A DNA stretch of 64,000 nucleotides from Leucoraja erinacea (Eukaryota): positions 32,674,001-32,738,000 of the forward strand of contig NC_073384.1 in the NCBI RefSeq assembly GCF_028641065.1. The letters are read 5' to 3'. The notes beneath the pieces were generated by a model that worked only from the letters and a program-made list of their open reading frames with translations, was not told the DNA's origin and made no database searches. Made by a program: the position numbers and the translations under genes. Shown piece by piece: positions 47,801 through 57,642 of this stretch (the stretch's first letter is position 1; each line of letters starts with the position of its first letter).

Positions 47801-49497
47801 CTTTGTGCGATTTTGCTATTGAAGTACCAGTTGTAGTTGAAGTTGCATCACAGGCAGGTTCCAGGGTACATACTTACAGAAGCTAGTCACAGTCTCGCAG
47901 GACAGAAACAAGCCCTTCAGCCCAACTCGTCCGTTCTAACCAAAATACCCAATTTACACTAGTTCCACCTGCCCATGTTTGGCCAATATACCTCTAAACC
48001 TTCCCTTTCTATGTACCTGTCCACGTGTCTTAAATGTTGTTATAGCGCATAGCTCTTCCGGCAGCTCGTTCCATGTACCCATGTGTAAACAAAGTCATGC
48101 CTCAGGTTCTTATTAATTCGTCGCTTCTCACCTTAAGCCCTATGCCCTCTAGTTCCTGATTCCCCATCTCTGGGTAAAATACTTACTGTGTTCACCCTCT
48201 CTATTATTCCCCTAATTCTTGCACAATATGGGATTAGACAGCGAGGTGGCACAATACTGAGCTGCATGCAATGATGGAGGTGAAAGCTTCACAGCCTGTG
48301 ATCAGTGACAGTTTTATCTTTTATTTCAGGATAATTCTGCCATGGTCCTTGCCTTTGAAAAGTCTGGCAAATTCTACAAGGAGGAGGAAAGTAAGCAGAC
48401 CGCTTTTAGCGAACAAAGCGGTAAACAGGAACAGAAAGGATTCAGAAACTCCTTCCGGAAGTTGTTCAGGAAGAAGTAAGGCAAACTATAAACCAAGATT
48501 CATAATGTTATGCGCAGTGAAGAGTCTTTTGATGAAGGGTCTCGACACATCACCTATTCCTTTTCTCCAGAGATGCTGACTGACCCGCTGAGTTATTCCA
48601 GAATGTGTATCTATCTTTAGTGTAAACCCGCAGCTGCAGTTCCTTATTACACGCTTGTGCTTGGTTTTGGTCAGTTAAGCTTAATTTGTTCCACCTCAGG
48701 TACCCACCATGTCCTGAAATATTGACGCCCTCTGTGACTGGGCGGAGGAAATTGTAAGGTATAAAGAGGTCGCCTGTGTGACTATTGTATAACTGGTGGG
48801 TGGTGCATTGAATAAACTCCAAAAAAAACAACTTGGGGGGGGGGGGGTAGCTTTAATGAAAACTAACTACTATTTTGTGAATGCAAGGATTGTAGATGTT
48901 GGTTTACAATGAAAGACACAAAGTGCTGGAGTACCAATGCGTCAGGCAGGAATTCTGGAGAACATGTTTCGGTGATGTTTCTGGTCAGGACCCTTCTTCA
49001 GACGTCTTCAAAACTACTATTTTGTGTTCATGTAACTATAGCAAAACCGAATTACAACCAATTATGGAAGTAACACAACAATTAAGAGTCTGAAGAAAGG
49101 TCCAGACCTGAAACATCTATCCATTCCCTTTGCAGATGTTGCCTGACCCACTAAGGTCCTCCAGCTGTTTGTGTTCTATGCAAGAGTCCAGAATCTGCAG
49201 TTGTTTGTGCCCCCTGTATTCTTATATGTTTTAATGATTTTAACCTAATCGTTAAATTCAACAAATGAGTCAGATTACCTGATGTTTGACCGTTGCTACA
49301 TCTTGTTCTTAGTACTTGTGGATTTGTAAGGAGACGATATGTCTGCATGTTTCAGGTCAAATCAAAATGCCTGCAGTTTGGAGAGCAAGCAGAAATCTGA
49401 CCACACTCACGCACAGGACACCGCGATTGCGGGAAGCCAAGAAGCTGAAGACCCGGCTGTCCCTGTGAGCACCTTTGATCGTGGCACTGCCGTCTAA
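20872..49497 (+). CDS. ARHGEF33: Rho guanine nucleotide exchange factor 33, spliced join(20872-20890,21589-21635,22395-22559,24508-24644,24843-24982,27316-27555,28183-28333,31673-31811,33071-33180,36741-36827,42124-42272,43430-44261,48330-48475,49356-49497); about 834 aa only if a 1-nt frameshift at 33077-33083 is corrected
   Basis: Exon peptides align with recalled human ARHGEF33: MEK.., QISQ|[25 protein letters not shown] (DH start), [21 protein letters not shown]|[39 protein letters not shown]; located between MORN2 and SOS1. Intactness uncertain. Confidence 0.88.
21411..21461 (+). repeat. (AATCTG)n imperfect microsatellite
   Basis: Visible tandem hexamers; a shorter array lies at 19244-19263. 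Confidence 0.85.
21589..21635 (+). CDS. ARHGEF33: ARHGEF33 exon ([16 protein letters not shown])
   Basis: ctttacAG / CAG|GTAAGT. Confidence 0.8.
21986..22152. mobile_element. hAT-like MITE inserted in a SINE tail
   Basis: Terminal inverted repeats (T)AGTGGCGGACTGG / CCAGTCCGCCACTG; 8-bp TSD CCGAAGGG / CTGAAGGG; internal repeats GATGGCAAGTGGGCCC. Confidence 0.8.
22395..22559 (+). CDS. ARHGEF33: ARHGEF33 exon, coiled coil (LQALAAELK...KVIIFK)
   Basis: 55 codons, same length as the recalled human segment LQALASELK...LNYFK. Confidence 0.9.
24508..24644 (+). CDS. ARHGEF33: ARHGEF33 exon (EELQGTTTQ...IETLQQNK...)
   Basis: tttgtAG / GG|GTAATG; aligns to EELSNAMS..IEQLQQEK. Confidence 0.85.
24843..24982 (+). 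CDS. ARHGEF33: ARHGEF33 exon, divergent linker (TWYWEYQ...HSTFHK)
   Basis: Good splice sites, open frame, phases 2-1 bridge the neighbours; little sequence similarity. Confidence 0.6.
25220..26690 (-). mobile_element. CR1 LINE, 5'-truncated RT region with tandemly duplicated 3' end
   Basis: Peptides [55 protein letters not shown]; 57-bp terminal unit repeated at 25219-25335. Confidence 0.9.
26853..27152 (+). mobile_element. HE1-like V-SINE copy
   Basis: GGCACAGTGGCGCAGCGGTAGAG...GGGTTCGATCC head, V-domain, CR1-like tail. Confidence 0.85.
27316..27555 (+). CDS. ARHGEF33: ARHGEF33 exon, divergent linker (VVHSADVD...HLKEKYH)
   Basis: tcttccAG / G|GTAACT, 240 nt open, phase 1-1. Confidence 0.7.
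28183..28333 (+). CDS. ARHGEF33: ARHGEF33 exon, DH domain start ([25 protein letters not shown])
   Basis: DH CR1 motif ELLxSExxY; AG|GTATGG donor. Confidence 0.88.
28950..29881 (-). pseudogene. Tx1 ORF2 remnants (APE endonuclease N-terminus; C-terminal end), RT missing
   Basis: [38 protein letters not shown] joined across a deletion to [39 protein letters not shown]. Confidence 0.85.
29276..29377 (+). mobile_element. CR1 endonuclease-region filler at the Tx1 deletion junction
   Basis: Translates [34 protein letters not shown] (CR1 SDHN motif), opposite in orientation to the Tx1. Confidence 0.7.
29893..31329 (-). pseudogene. Tx1 ORF1 (gag-like, CCHC zinc knuckles), frameshifted
   Basis: [24 protein letters not shown]; [31 protein letters not shown], split over four ORF-track entries. 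Confidence 0.85.
31504..31559 (-). ncRNA. U1 snRNA 5' fragment (nt 1-56) forming the head of the Tx1 element; not a U1 gene
   Basis: Minus strand ATACTTACCTGGCAGGGGAGAGACCGTGATCAAAAAGGCAGTTCTCCCAGGACGAG; 48/56 identical to recalled human U1, first 21 nt identical; no Sm site or 3' half. Confidence 0.92.
31673..31811 (+). CDS. ARHGEF33: ARHGEF33 exon, DH domain ([10 protein letters not shown]...[21 protein letters not shown])
   Basis: ccacAG / GAG|GTAAGG; aligns to SLRYLVQQH..LQERVLKW..LGDLFLKL. Confidence 0.9.
33071..33180 (+). CDS. ARHGEF33: ARHGEF33 exon, DH domain ([19 protein letters not shown]), frameshifted as assembled
   Basis: Clear homology to FLDYYVAYLRDLPECISL, but the T7 run at 33077-33083 puts it out of frame with the phase-0 acceptor. 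Confidence 0.8.
33275..34052 (-). mobile_element. GC-rich non-autonomous retroelement (copy 2)
   Basis: Same layout as 7344-8092; shared ACAAACATCCA..CACAG..CACTGTGRTGGAAGGCAA block. Confidence 0.6.
35685..36648 (+). mobile_element. L2-clade LINE 3' fragment
   Basis: [24 protein letters not shown]; [58 protein letters not shown]; (AGTTC)n tail. Confidence 0.92.
36741..36827 (+). CDS. ARHGEF33: ARHGEF33 exon, DH CR3 ([22 protein letters not shown])
   Basis: tttccatAG / CAG|GTAAAT; PVxRIxxYxLLL DH motif. Confidence 0.9.
37045..39930 (-). mobile_element. CR1 LINE ORF2 (APE + RT), relatively young, several frameshifts and an internal deletion
   Basis: ORFs 39363-39980 (FNARSI, ISETWL, GDFNFP), 37896-38681 ([32 protein letters not shown]) and 37126-37938. 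Confidence 0.95.
39935..40362 (+). mobile_element. CR1 3' end fragment
   Basis: Same subfamily tail as 25220-25640 in the opposite orientation. Confidence 0.8.
42124..42272 (+). CDS. ARHGEF33: ARHGEF33 exon, DH end ([16 protein letters not shown]...[10 protein letters not shown])
   Basis: Aligns to NVLKFTEQEHPDYYLL..NEDLLIQKRKK; AG|GTGAGC donor. Confidence 0.92.
43430..44261 (+). CDS. ARHGEF33: ARHGEF33 large low-complexity exon (boundaries uncertain)
   Basis: 286-aa non-repeat ORF with [20 protein letters not shown], similar to CSPASSESSLDICFLRPVSF; acceptor 43423 or 43429, donor 44241, 44262 or 44334. Confidence 0.75.
44560..44783. mobile_element. Fold-back Penelope-derived short element with near-perfect 193-bp palindrome
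   Basis: 96-bp arms 44558-44653 / 44655-44750 with one mismatch seen; flanking repeat CATAGACTC(C/A)AGGGA at 44545-44559 and 44784-44798. Confidence 0.85.
44890..45445 (-). mobile_element. GC-rich non-autonomous retroelement (copy 3, shorter)
   Basis: Same layout and shared tail block as 7344-8092 and 33275-34052. Confidence 0.55.
45460..45965 (-). mobile_element. Rex1/Babar 3' fragment
   Basis: [43 protein letters not shown]. Confidence 0.8.
46964..47270 (+). mobile_element. HE1-like V-SINE inserted in an older CR1 fragment (about 46890-47720)
   Basis: Complete head, V-domain and tail; CR1 sequence resumes on both sides. Confidence 0.8.
48330..48475 (+). CDS. ARHGEF33: ARHGEF33 exon ([26 protein letters not shown])
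   Basis: ttatttcAG acceptor; AA|GTAAGG donor, or read-through to TAA at 48477-48479. Confidence 0.9.
49356..49497 (+). CDS. ARHGEF33: ARHGEF33 putative last coding exon (...STFDRGTAV*)
   Basis: gtttcAG acceptor, phase 2 compatible, 46 open codons then TAA. Confidence 0.7.
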
Positions 49498-50094
49498 TCT
49501 CACGTTTGGAAAGATCTCTGAAAATTTACAGAAAAACAAAGGCAATTCGTTGGTAGTGGACATTGATTTTTGTACAAAGCTTTTTCCCTTCTCCACATGC
49601 ACTAGTTTCATTGAATGGACCTGGTCAAGTTGTTTGTCCCATCTCAGACTGATCAGTGAGGGTTTCAGACAACTAACAATGAGTTTTGATTGTAGAATGT
49701 TTATAAATTTGAACAAACTTGGGATATTATACGTGCACAAAAGAAAATGGATTCATTGGCAACGTACAAATGACACATTAAATCAGTACTTTTTTGGAGA
49801 CAAAAAACACGCCAGTACACATACAACAATTCACACAATGCTGTTGGCTGCTGTGCATCAAACAGTTTTTTAAAAACATTTTATAGGTGCCGGTACATTG
49901 AACTGTCACAAAAGAGCCCTCATTAAAGCAATTAATTCAGATTAGATAATATGTGGTCATTTTTGGTAGAAATGTGTCCCAGCTCAATTAAGTTTAAATA
50001 TATTTTAACATTTGCCCCAGTTTTATGTAAAACATTTAAACATTAAAGAATGAATGTATTTTAGAATTCTTGAGCTAAGTCTATTATTTTGTTA

Positions 50095-50945
50095 TAGAAA
50101 CATAGAAAATAGGTGCAGGAGTAGGCCATTCGGCACTTCGAGCCTGCACCACCATTCAATATGATCATGGCTGATCATCCAACTCGGTATCATCCAACTG
50201 ATTCCTGGGATGTCAGAACTGTCTTATGAAGAAAGACTGGATAGACTTGGTTTATACTCTATAGAATTTAGGAGATTGAGAGGGGATCTTATAGAAACTT
50301 ACAAAATTCTTAAGGGGTTGGACAGTAGATGCAGGAAGATTGTTCCCGATGTTAGGGAAGTCCAGGACAAGGGGTCACAGCTTAAGGATAAAGGGGAAAT
50401 CCTTTAAAACCGAGATGAGAAGAACTTTTTTACACAGAGAGTGGTGAATCTCTGGAACTCTCTGCCACAGAGGGTAGTTGAGGCCACAGTTCATTGGCTA
50501 TATTTAAGAGGGAGTTAGATGTGGCCCTTGTGGCTAAGGGGATCAGGGGGTATGGAGAGAAGGCAGGTACGAGATACTGAGTTGGATGATCAGCCATGAT
50601 CATATTGAATGGCGGTGCAGGCTCGAAGGGCCGAATGGCCTACTCCTGCATCTAATTTCTATGTTTCTATGTATCCTGTACCTGCCTTCTCTCCATACCC
50701 CCTGATCCCCTTAGCCACATCTAACTCCCTCTTAAATATAGCCAATGAACTGGTCTCAACTACCTTCTGTGGCAAAGAATTCCAGAGACTCACCACTCTG
50801 GGTGAAAAGGTTTTCTCATCTCGGTCCTAAAAGATTTCCCCTTTATCCTTAAACTGTGACCCCTTGTCCTGGACTTCCCCAACATCGGGAACAATCTTCC
50901 TGCATCTAGCCTGTCCAACCCCTTAAGAAGTTTGTAAGTTTCTAT
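50095..50945. mobile_element. Nested CR1 3' fragments in opposite orientations
   Basis: Plus-strand copy about 50195-50672 ([33 protein letters not shown]) inside a minus-strand copy. Confidence 0.8.
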
Positions 50946-52399
50946 GGGTCTTCTGTGTCCATCTCGTGTGGGAGTGATCCCACCTGAACAGTTATCACTG
51001 ATAAACTCTGCCGCTATTGCCCGTGACTGGTTGTGTTTGGGTTTGACAAGAGCTGACTTGGTCCTCACAGAGGGAGAGAGAAGGAAAAGACTGAGACTTG
51101 AGGTGGTGTAAGAGATTGCACGATTTGGTAATGACAGGGGGATGCAGTGTACTGTGAACAGCATGTTACTAATTGTGAAGTTTGTGAACTAACTCTTGGC
51201 ATTTTCACCTGCATATAATGACACTATATCATTTATAAAATAAATTATAATAATAAAATAAATACATCCAATTTTCTCTTACCTTTCCCTTGTTAACGGC
51301 CCTGGGAATGGGTCTATTGTTTCTGGTCACAATCAGAGATAAATGTGAAGGAAAACATCTTAAGGAACTCAGCAGATCAGACAGCAGCTGAGGAGGGAAT
51401 GGACATTTGGGGTCAGGACTCTTCTTCATACCGATGGGAGTAGAGAAATGTGGAGCGATGGGTTGCAGCTTTAAATTTGGGTTGCGTCGTGTCAAAGTTT
51501 ATGTTTAGAGATACAGCATGGAAACACACCCTTCGGCCCACCAAGAGCATGCCGACCATCAATCACCCTCTCACACCAGCTCCATGTTATCCCACTTTCT
51601 CATCCACTCCCTACACATTAGGGAACATTTACAGAGGCCAATTAACCTACAAAACGGCATGTCTTTTGGATGTGGCAGGAAACCCCGAAGACTCACATGG
51701 TCAGAGGGAGAACATGCAGACTCCACACAGACAGCACCCTGATCCTTAAGTCAGTATCGCACCTGGGTCTCGGATGCTCTGAGGCAGCACCTCTACTAGT
51801 TGCGCCTCCCCAAACTTTACAACAATAGGGAACTTTGCCCAACATATCTCTGCCTACCCAGTGAAAGCATTCCATTTTGTCACTTCCCCTATCTCCAGAC
51901 TTCATATATTTCCTCAGTTTCCTTGGTGAAGTAGTTTTGGAGTCAGCTTGTATCAAGGTTTCTGGTAGGACATTCCTATTCCTGTTACTCTGCTCAAAAA
52001 TATCTTCTAATCCTTCGCTTACATAAAATTTCCAAACTCACCCATTCTAGAGAAAGATTTTCCTGCTTTTGTTGACATTCTCATATTGGGCAACACAGTG
52101 GTGCAGCTGGTAGAGCTCTGCCTCACAGCACCAGAGACCCAGGTTTGATCCTGACCCCGGGTGCTATCTGTGGAGTTTGCACTCTGACCTTGTGGGTTTC
52201 CTCCGGGTTTCTCCCAAAGTCATGTGGATTTGCAGATTAATTTGCCTCTGTAAATTGCCCTGAGTGTGTAGGGATTGGGAGCAGGCGATTGAGGGTCAGC
52301 ATGGACTCAGAGGGCCAAAGGGCCTGTTTCCATGGCGTAGCTCTAAAAACATTGAACAATCAGAACTGCTTCAATCCCTGGAGGAATGAGGTGCCACTT

Positions 52400-55300
52400 T
52401 CAACCATTGCTGTCATCATTCAAGTTAGGTAAGTATCACTCCAAGGCCACGATACTCTCTACAATAGAATATTTGTTCTTTAATTCCATCAAACATGACA
52501 AAAATAAATCCTGATTTTACTGAAGGTTCCTGAATAAATATCTTCATAGATTTATTTTTTAATTTCTGAGATGTCAAACTAAATAATTTGTTTTGCTTTA
52601 TACATCTGAAAGGGCCTCTTGCACCTCGAAACACAAAGCTTTCCATGGATGCAAACTATTTTGCATATTTAATACTTCACTTTAAAACTTTCTGATATCC
52701 TAAAACTTAGCATCCAAACACAAAATATCAATAGAATGAAATGAAAACACCAATAACAAGTTTCAAAGACTTTTAATATACAGTTTTTTAAAATATAAAT
52801 AAAAAGGAAAAACAGAACATTTGATACCTGGAAATTTAACATAACCATTTCAAAAGAACAAAACCCAATTACACGCAAAAATCAGACAACTGCAGAAAGT
52901 CCCATTGCAAAGCATTCTAGGATTTACATACCAGTTGAAAAATAATAAGACTTAAGATTTAAAAAAAGAACTGCCCCAAGAAACGAAACAGAACATCCTG
53001 GTTCAACACATTAAAAATACGTCAGTCAAATATACTTTGGATGAGAGTTCATAAGGCAAAAACAATTTTATGTTCTCGTGTATATTTTCCCTGGCTCCTA
53101 TGTTGTATGTCAAACATTGCTAAGCCATCATATACTTGCTCCCATTCTTTATGACTACCTCTTGGTGTAATCAATCCAAGGGAAAAGATAGCAATTATTA
53201 TACTTAAATACAAAATCAACACTGTTATTTCTAACGCAGAATACTAAATTCTACAGACATGGTTAAAGTACACAGGTCACATTAGATGTGTCAGAAAAGA
53301 TTATCGCTTTGTTCTTAAATCTAGTCAACTTCATCTAATCTTTACATATAATCAAAGCTGCAAATAACCATGCCATTAAAACAAGTTACATATATACATA
53401 ATTATTTTTTACCACCAATATGTACATTTTATGTTTGGAGCCGAAAGGCTTGTCTTCTGATGCACCTAATTAGAAATACAAACTTCAACTTGGTTCAAAA
53501 TTAAGAAAGTAATAGATTAAGAAAAAAATTAGCTCAAAAAAGGTCAGGAAAGAAAATGGAGATGTAATATAAAGGCACATTTGGCAGCTACTAAAACTGA
53601 CATGCGCCTGGCACCAACAGTACAGTGCGCATTAATACACATCCAGTCACAGGTTACTTCATTTAAACCAAAGCAAATTACACAGGGTGAAAGAGATTTT
53701 GTCAGCATCAAGGGTCACCAGCCTTGCTGCAGTGATTTGCTGCAATTTCTTCTTCTATGAAGGAAGGTTCATTCAGTTTACAATCCCTCGAGGGAACACG
53801 GAGCAGCAGGTAATTGAAGCAGAGGTACAGATCAACTGTGATCTGGTGAATGGTGGAATAAGCTCAATGGCTAAATGATCTATCTCCTACCAATTACCCT
53901 GTACCTTTGCAGATCTATGTAGTTGGCCGATCTTTTTTGTACAAAATAAAATCCTGTTTTTCCCTGCCTTATGCGGTCATCAAATACAAAACCTAAAATA
54001 AAAATTATCAGTATAGAAAAAAATTATAACCAAATAGGTTTTGTTAAAAGAACAAATATGTATTTATCTTAACAGTCTTTTACTGCATTGAATGACATGT
54101 AATTAATGCAACTTTCATAAGGTCAATATCAACTATCTACACAAGATGTACAGAAAGGGAAAGTGTTTCATCAATCTAGATAACAGCTATGGATTCCAGC
54201 CCATAGACTCCTTCACCATATTTCCCAAGTGCTTTCGCTCATTCGCCCAACCACAGCCACTTGCTATTAACCATAAAAACTGAACCGCACATTGGCACAA
54301 TGGTGATTTCCAACTGGTATGTAACCCTGAAAATGAAAGCAACTGATAAGCAATATTTCACTGCTTGTATACTTGTTTTTCTATTGAAGTCTCCCTTTGA
54401 ATGCATTTAAAATTATTCCCCAAGTTCAGCTTTCTGCGCACTCACTGCCTTTCACAGTGCGACCATTGTGAAACTGAAAATCGCATGCATATAATCCTCA
54501 AGTGGTTTAAGTGTGCTGCCAGAGTTATAAGATCCAATAAGCATCCCGCATGGTTAAGAGAAACATATCAACTGGCAAACAGATATGTCAAATCTTGACC
54601 CAGAGATAATATGCAGAGGGAGTCGCAATGACATTGGCATTTATGAAGCAAAAAATATTTTACATCCAAAACTGTTGGATTAAATGGACTTCAGGATATT
54701 TCCATTACACAGTATTAATGCTTTAATATCATGCTAACAAGGATTCAGTAGTTTATGACTTGTTTAGCTCACGGTTCATAAAATTGTGTATGTATCAAAT
54801 TTGTGATGAATTTCATTTTACATTTTACACCCAGGCCTCTTCCAGCCCTCCAGCATTTTCTCAAATTTACTGACTCAATGAAAACACCACAAACTGCACT
54901 CTTGTTCCAAAAACAATTTTATTTAATGCCAATTAAGCCTTTTTTTAGGGCTGGATACTGCAAAATGCCCATAACAGTTTAGATCTGGCAGCCCTATCAG
55001 TAGGTTAACTGAACAAAAATTAGCCATTGGTATGTCTAAGTGCTTAATAAAATTAGAGCATTTTAATGATGTTTGCCTGCCCCATATATGCTGCAGAAAT
55101 ATTTTGCTTAAAGCATAATAACCTACATTATGAAGTCTATTTAGGTACAGCATATTTAAGTTTAGGTGAATTTATTTAATGTAAAGGCAATAAAGTGATT
55201 TATTTGAAAGTCAGCATGCATAAGGTGTATTTTATTCAAAACACCAATGTAAGACATTGGGATGAAGCCTTGAGTGACCCAGATCATAACATCACCAATT

Positions 55301-57150
55301 TTAGACGAAGATAACATTTGTTTTTCCTTTTGCTTAGATCTGGACATAAACATCGGAGTTCACTGTTTGGGTTTACATTAAGTCCCATGCTGTATCGACC
55401 ATTGTGTGAATAAACTGAAATAGTTCCCATTGTGAAAAATCAAGCATTCCCTTTTTGATCTGTATGCAATTAATGGGATACCAAAGGGAAAACAAATGCA
55501 GGGATTAAATGAACATTTGAGGCCATGTGATGTGTAGAAGAGATTAGTTACCACCTTCATGGGAGAGTAAGATCGTTTTGAAGAATAATGAAAATGAAGC
55601 CGATTTCAAAACAAATAAGAATGGATGATTTTGACTAATTTATAAAGGTTTGTGCTTTGAAAATGTTAATGATAAGCCAACAGAGGCAATTAATTTTTTT
55701 AGGTGAGGAGACGATCTGTGCATTCAGCACAGTTAAAAGGAAACATTTCTACTAATCCAAGAGGATACTGAATGAGGCCAAGAACAGCCACTACACCATT
55801 AAATCACTTGGTTTTCAGAGTGGACAAAGCAATAAAAAGCCATCTATGCTGCAGAGTGTTTGTATATTTTTCTGAACTTCTCTCATTCTCACATGGATTT
55901 TGGTTTCACGATATCCTCTTAAAACTGTACTTATGTACTATAGTATGTAGGTGCTCAGTTGTCCTTGTTAGGAATTAATGGTCACCCCACCCAGGCCCGA
56001 ATCATGAATGTAATGTTACTTTTTTTATCAGTGGTTAACACAAAATCTACTCCACAATCTGACTCGCATTAAATAGAGTAAGCTACTTCAAAAGCACCTT
56101 GCCTCTACAAACCTCATTGTATTTTATTCTCTTGTTTAGGAATCAACAAATATATGTTCTGCCCAAGCTTCAACCTTCTTTACCTAAATATCCAATCACA
56201 ACTTAAGGTACGGGAACATTTGGCCACCTGAATAAATAGTTTAACATTATCACAGCCAATGCTACAAGACAGAATTGCGACTGGTTATTTTGAAATAAAT
56301 CCAGATCCTTACACTTTCCAATGAAACTGTTACATTGCAAAACAGTGCTAGAAGCACTTTCCTGATCCATTCTTCCGTATAATTTCAGAACCTGTTGTGA
56401 TGTTATGAAATGGGCAGTCATTGGATTCAAGTCAATAATTGTGGATTTAAGAGAATAATATGTCAGAGTTCATTGAAGATGTGAATGCAGAAGTTACTAG
56501 TTTCCACATTTTACTGCATTGGGTTAAATTCAGTTAGCTTACAGTGATATAATTGAACGACTGGGTTTTCCGTTGTCTAGTGGAGATGGATGTTACGTTT
56601 GTTTTGAAGAATCTTTCTGGTCGGACTTGTTCTTGAACGACTTTCACAAAGAATGTGCTTCTTTGGTGTAGCAGGTGCCCACATTTCAGAGTTTTTAGAG
56701 TTATTATTATGCAGCGCTAGTATCTCCTCAATCGTCTAGGTACCAAAAAAATGCAATTCTAGAAATGAAACAAGGCATGATTACGTGAAACATCAATCCT
56801 GTATTTTAAGTTGAAGGTGCAAACCACTGTTTCGCTCCAAGTCTCTTGCCGGCCAGTTGATATTGAGGCCACCCTTCGTCGCTGATAAAACATCACGGCG
56901 ACTCCATCTCAGTTAGTGGGGAAAGTCAACATGCTTCAGTTTTTACATGTAACTGTCCAATCCGTTCTCCACTGCCTGAATGCAAACTTAAAAGGTAAAT
57001 GGATGGAAACTCCTGTCCAAGCACTAACAGTATTCTTGCAGCCCAGAACGTTTAGCTTGCACCCCTGGCTCGCCACCTACTCCCTCTTCCTCAAGGTGCA
57101 ACCTCAGCGGTAGCCACGAGTTTGTAGTGTTTAAGGAGAATCGGTTATAG
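52400..57150 (-). other. SOS1: Long AT-rich, repeat-free SOS1 3' UTR (3' end uncertain)
   Basis: About 4.7 kb without recognisable SINE/LINE directly after the SOS1 stop; candidate poly(A) signals ATTAAA (52668-52673) and AATAAA (52551-52556) on the minus strand. Confidence 0.65.
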
Positions 57151-57642
57151 CTAGGAAGAGTGGGCATTCTCCAGCAAGGCCGGTCCCTCTCGATGGAATG
57201 ACGGGTGTGTGTGCTCCCTTTTGTACGTTTTTGGTGGAAGTTTTGGAATCGCTTGCGATGTGGAGCTCTGTCTCGGTGGAACGGGTGGCCCGGCTGTGAC
57301 GCCAATGTCCTCCTGTGGCAGAGGCGGGGACGGCAAATGCCTGCGAGTTCCCAGTGGCGAGGGCGTCTGAGGGGGCGGCGGGGTGAAGGGGGAAGGGGAG
57401 TTGGGGAAGAAAGTGTTGGGCAGCTCAGCTTTCCGTCCCATGGGCGGGGGCTGCAGAGGCAGAGGCGAGCCTGTGAATACATCTGGTGTTCGTACAGGCT
57501 CGCGAGGAGGCAAGCAAGGAGGACTGTCCGGAGGCTCGGAAACCGATGATCGCTCGGACAGCGGGTACCGGGGGGAGTAAACCTTCGCCGTGGGCTGCCG
57601 CGGTGGGATAGCGGGTGGACTATCCAAATGTTTTGACTTCAT
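57151..57642 (-). CDS. SOS1: SOS1 last coding exon
   Basis: tttcAG|ATGAAG; ends [11 protein letters not shown]; several PxxPxR Grb2-SH3 motifs. Confidence 0.97.
   Translation of the reverse strand: MKSKHLDSPPAIPPRQPTAKVYSPRYPLSERSSVSEPPDSPPCLPPREPVRTPDVFTGSPLPLQPPPMGRKAELPNTFFPNSPSPFTPPPPQTPSPLGTRRHLPSPPLPQEDIGVTAGPPVPPRQSSTSQAIPKLPPKTYKREHTHPSFHREGPALLENAHSS

Noticed and set aside
57024-57580. Overlapping ORFs on both strands of the SOS1 last exon
   Set aside because: Shadow frames of a proline-rich, GC-rich coding exon.
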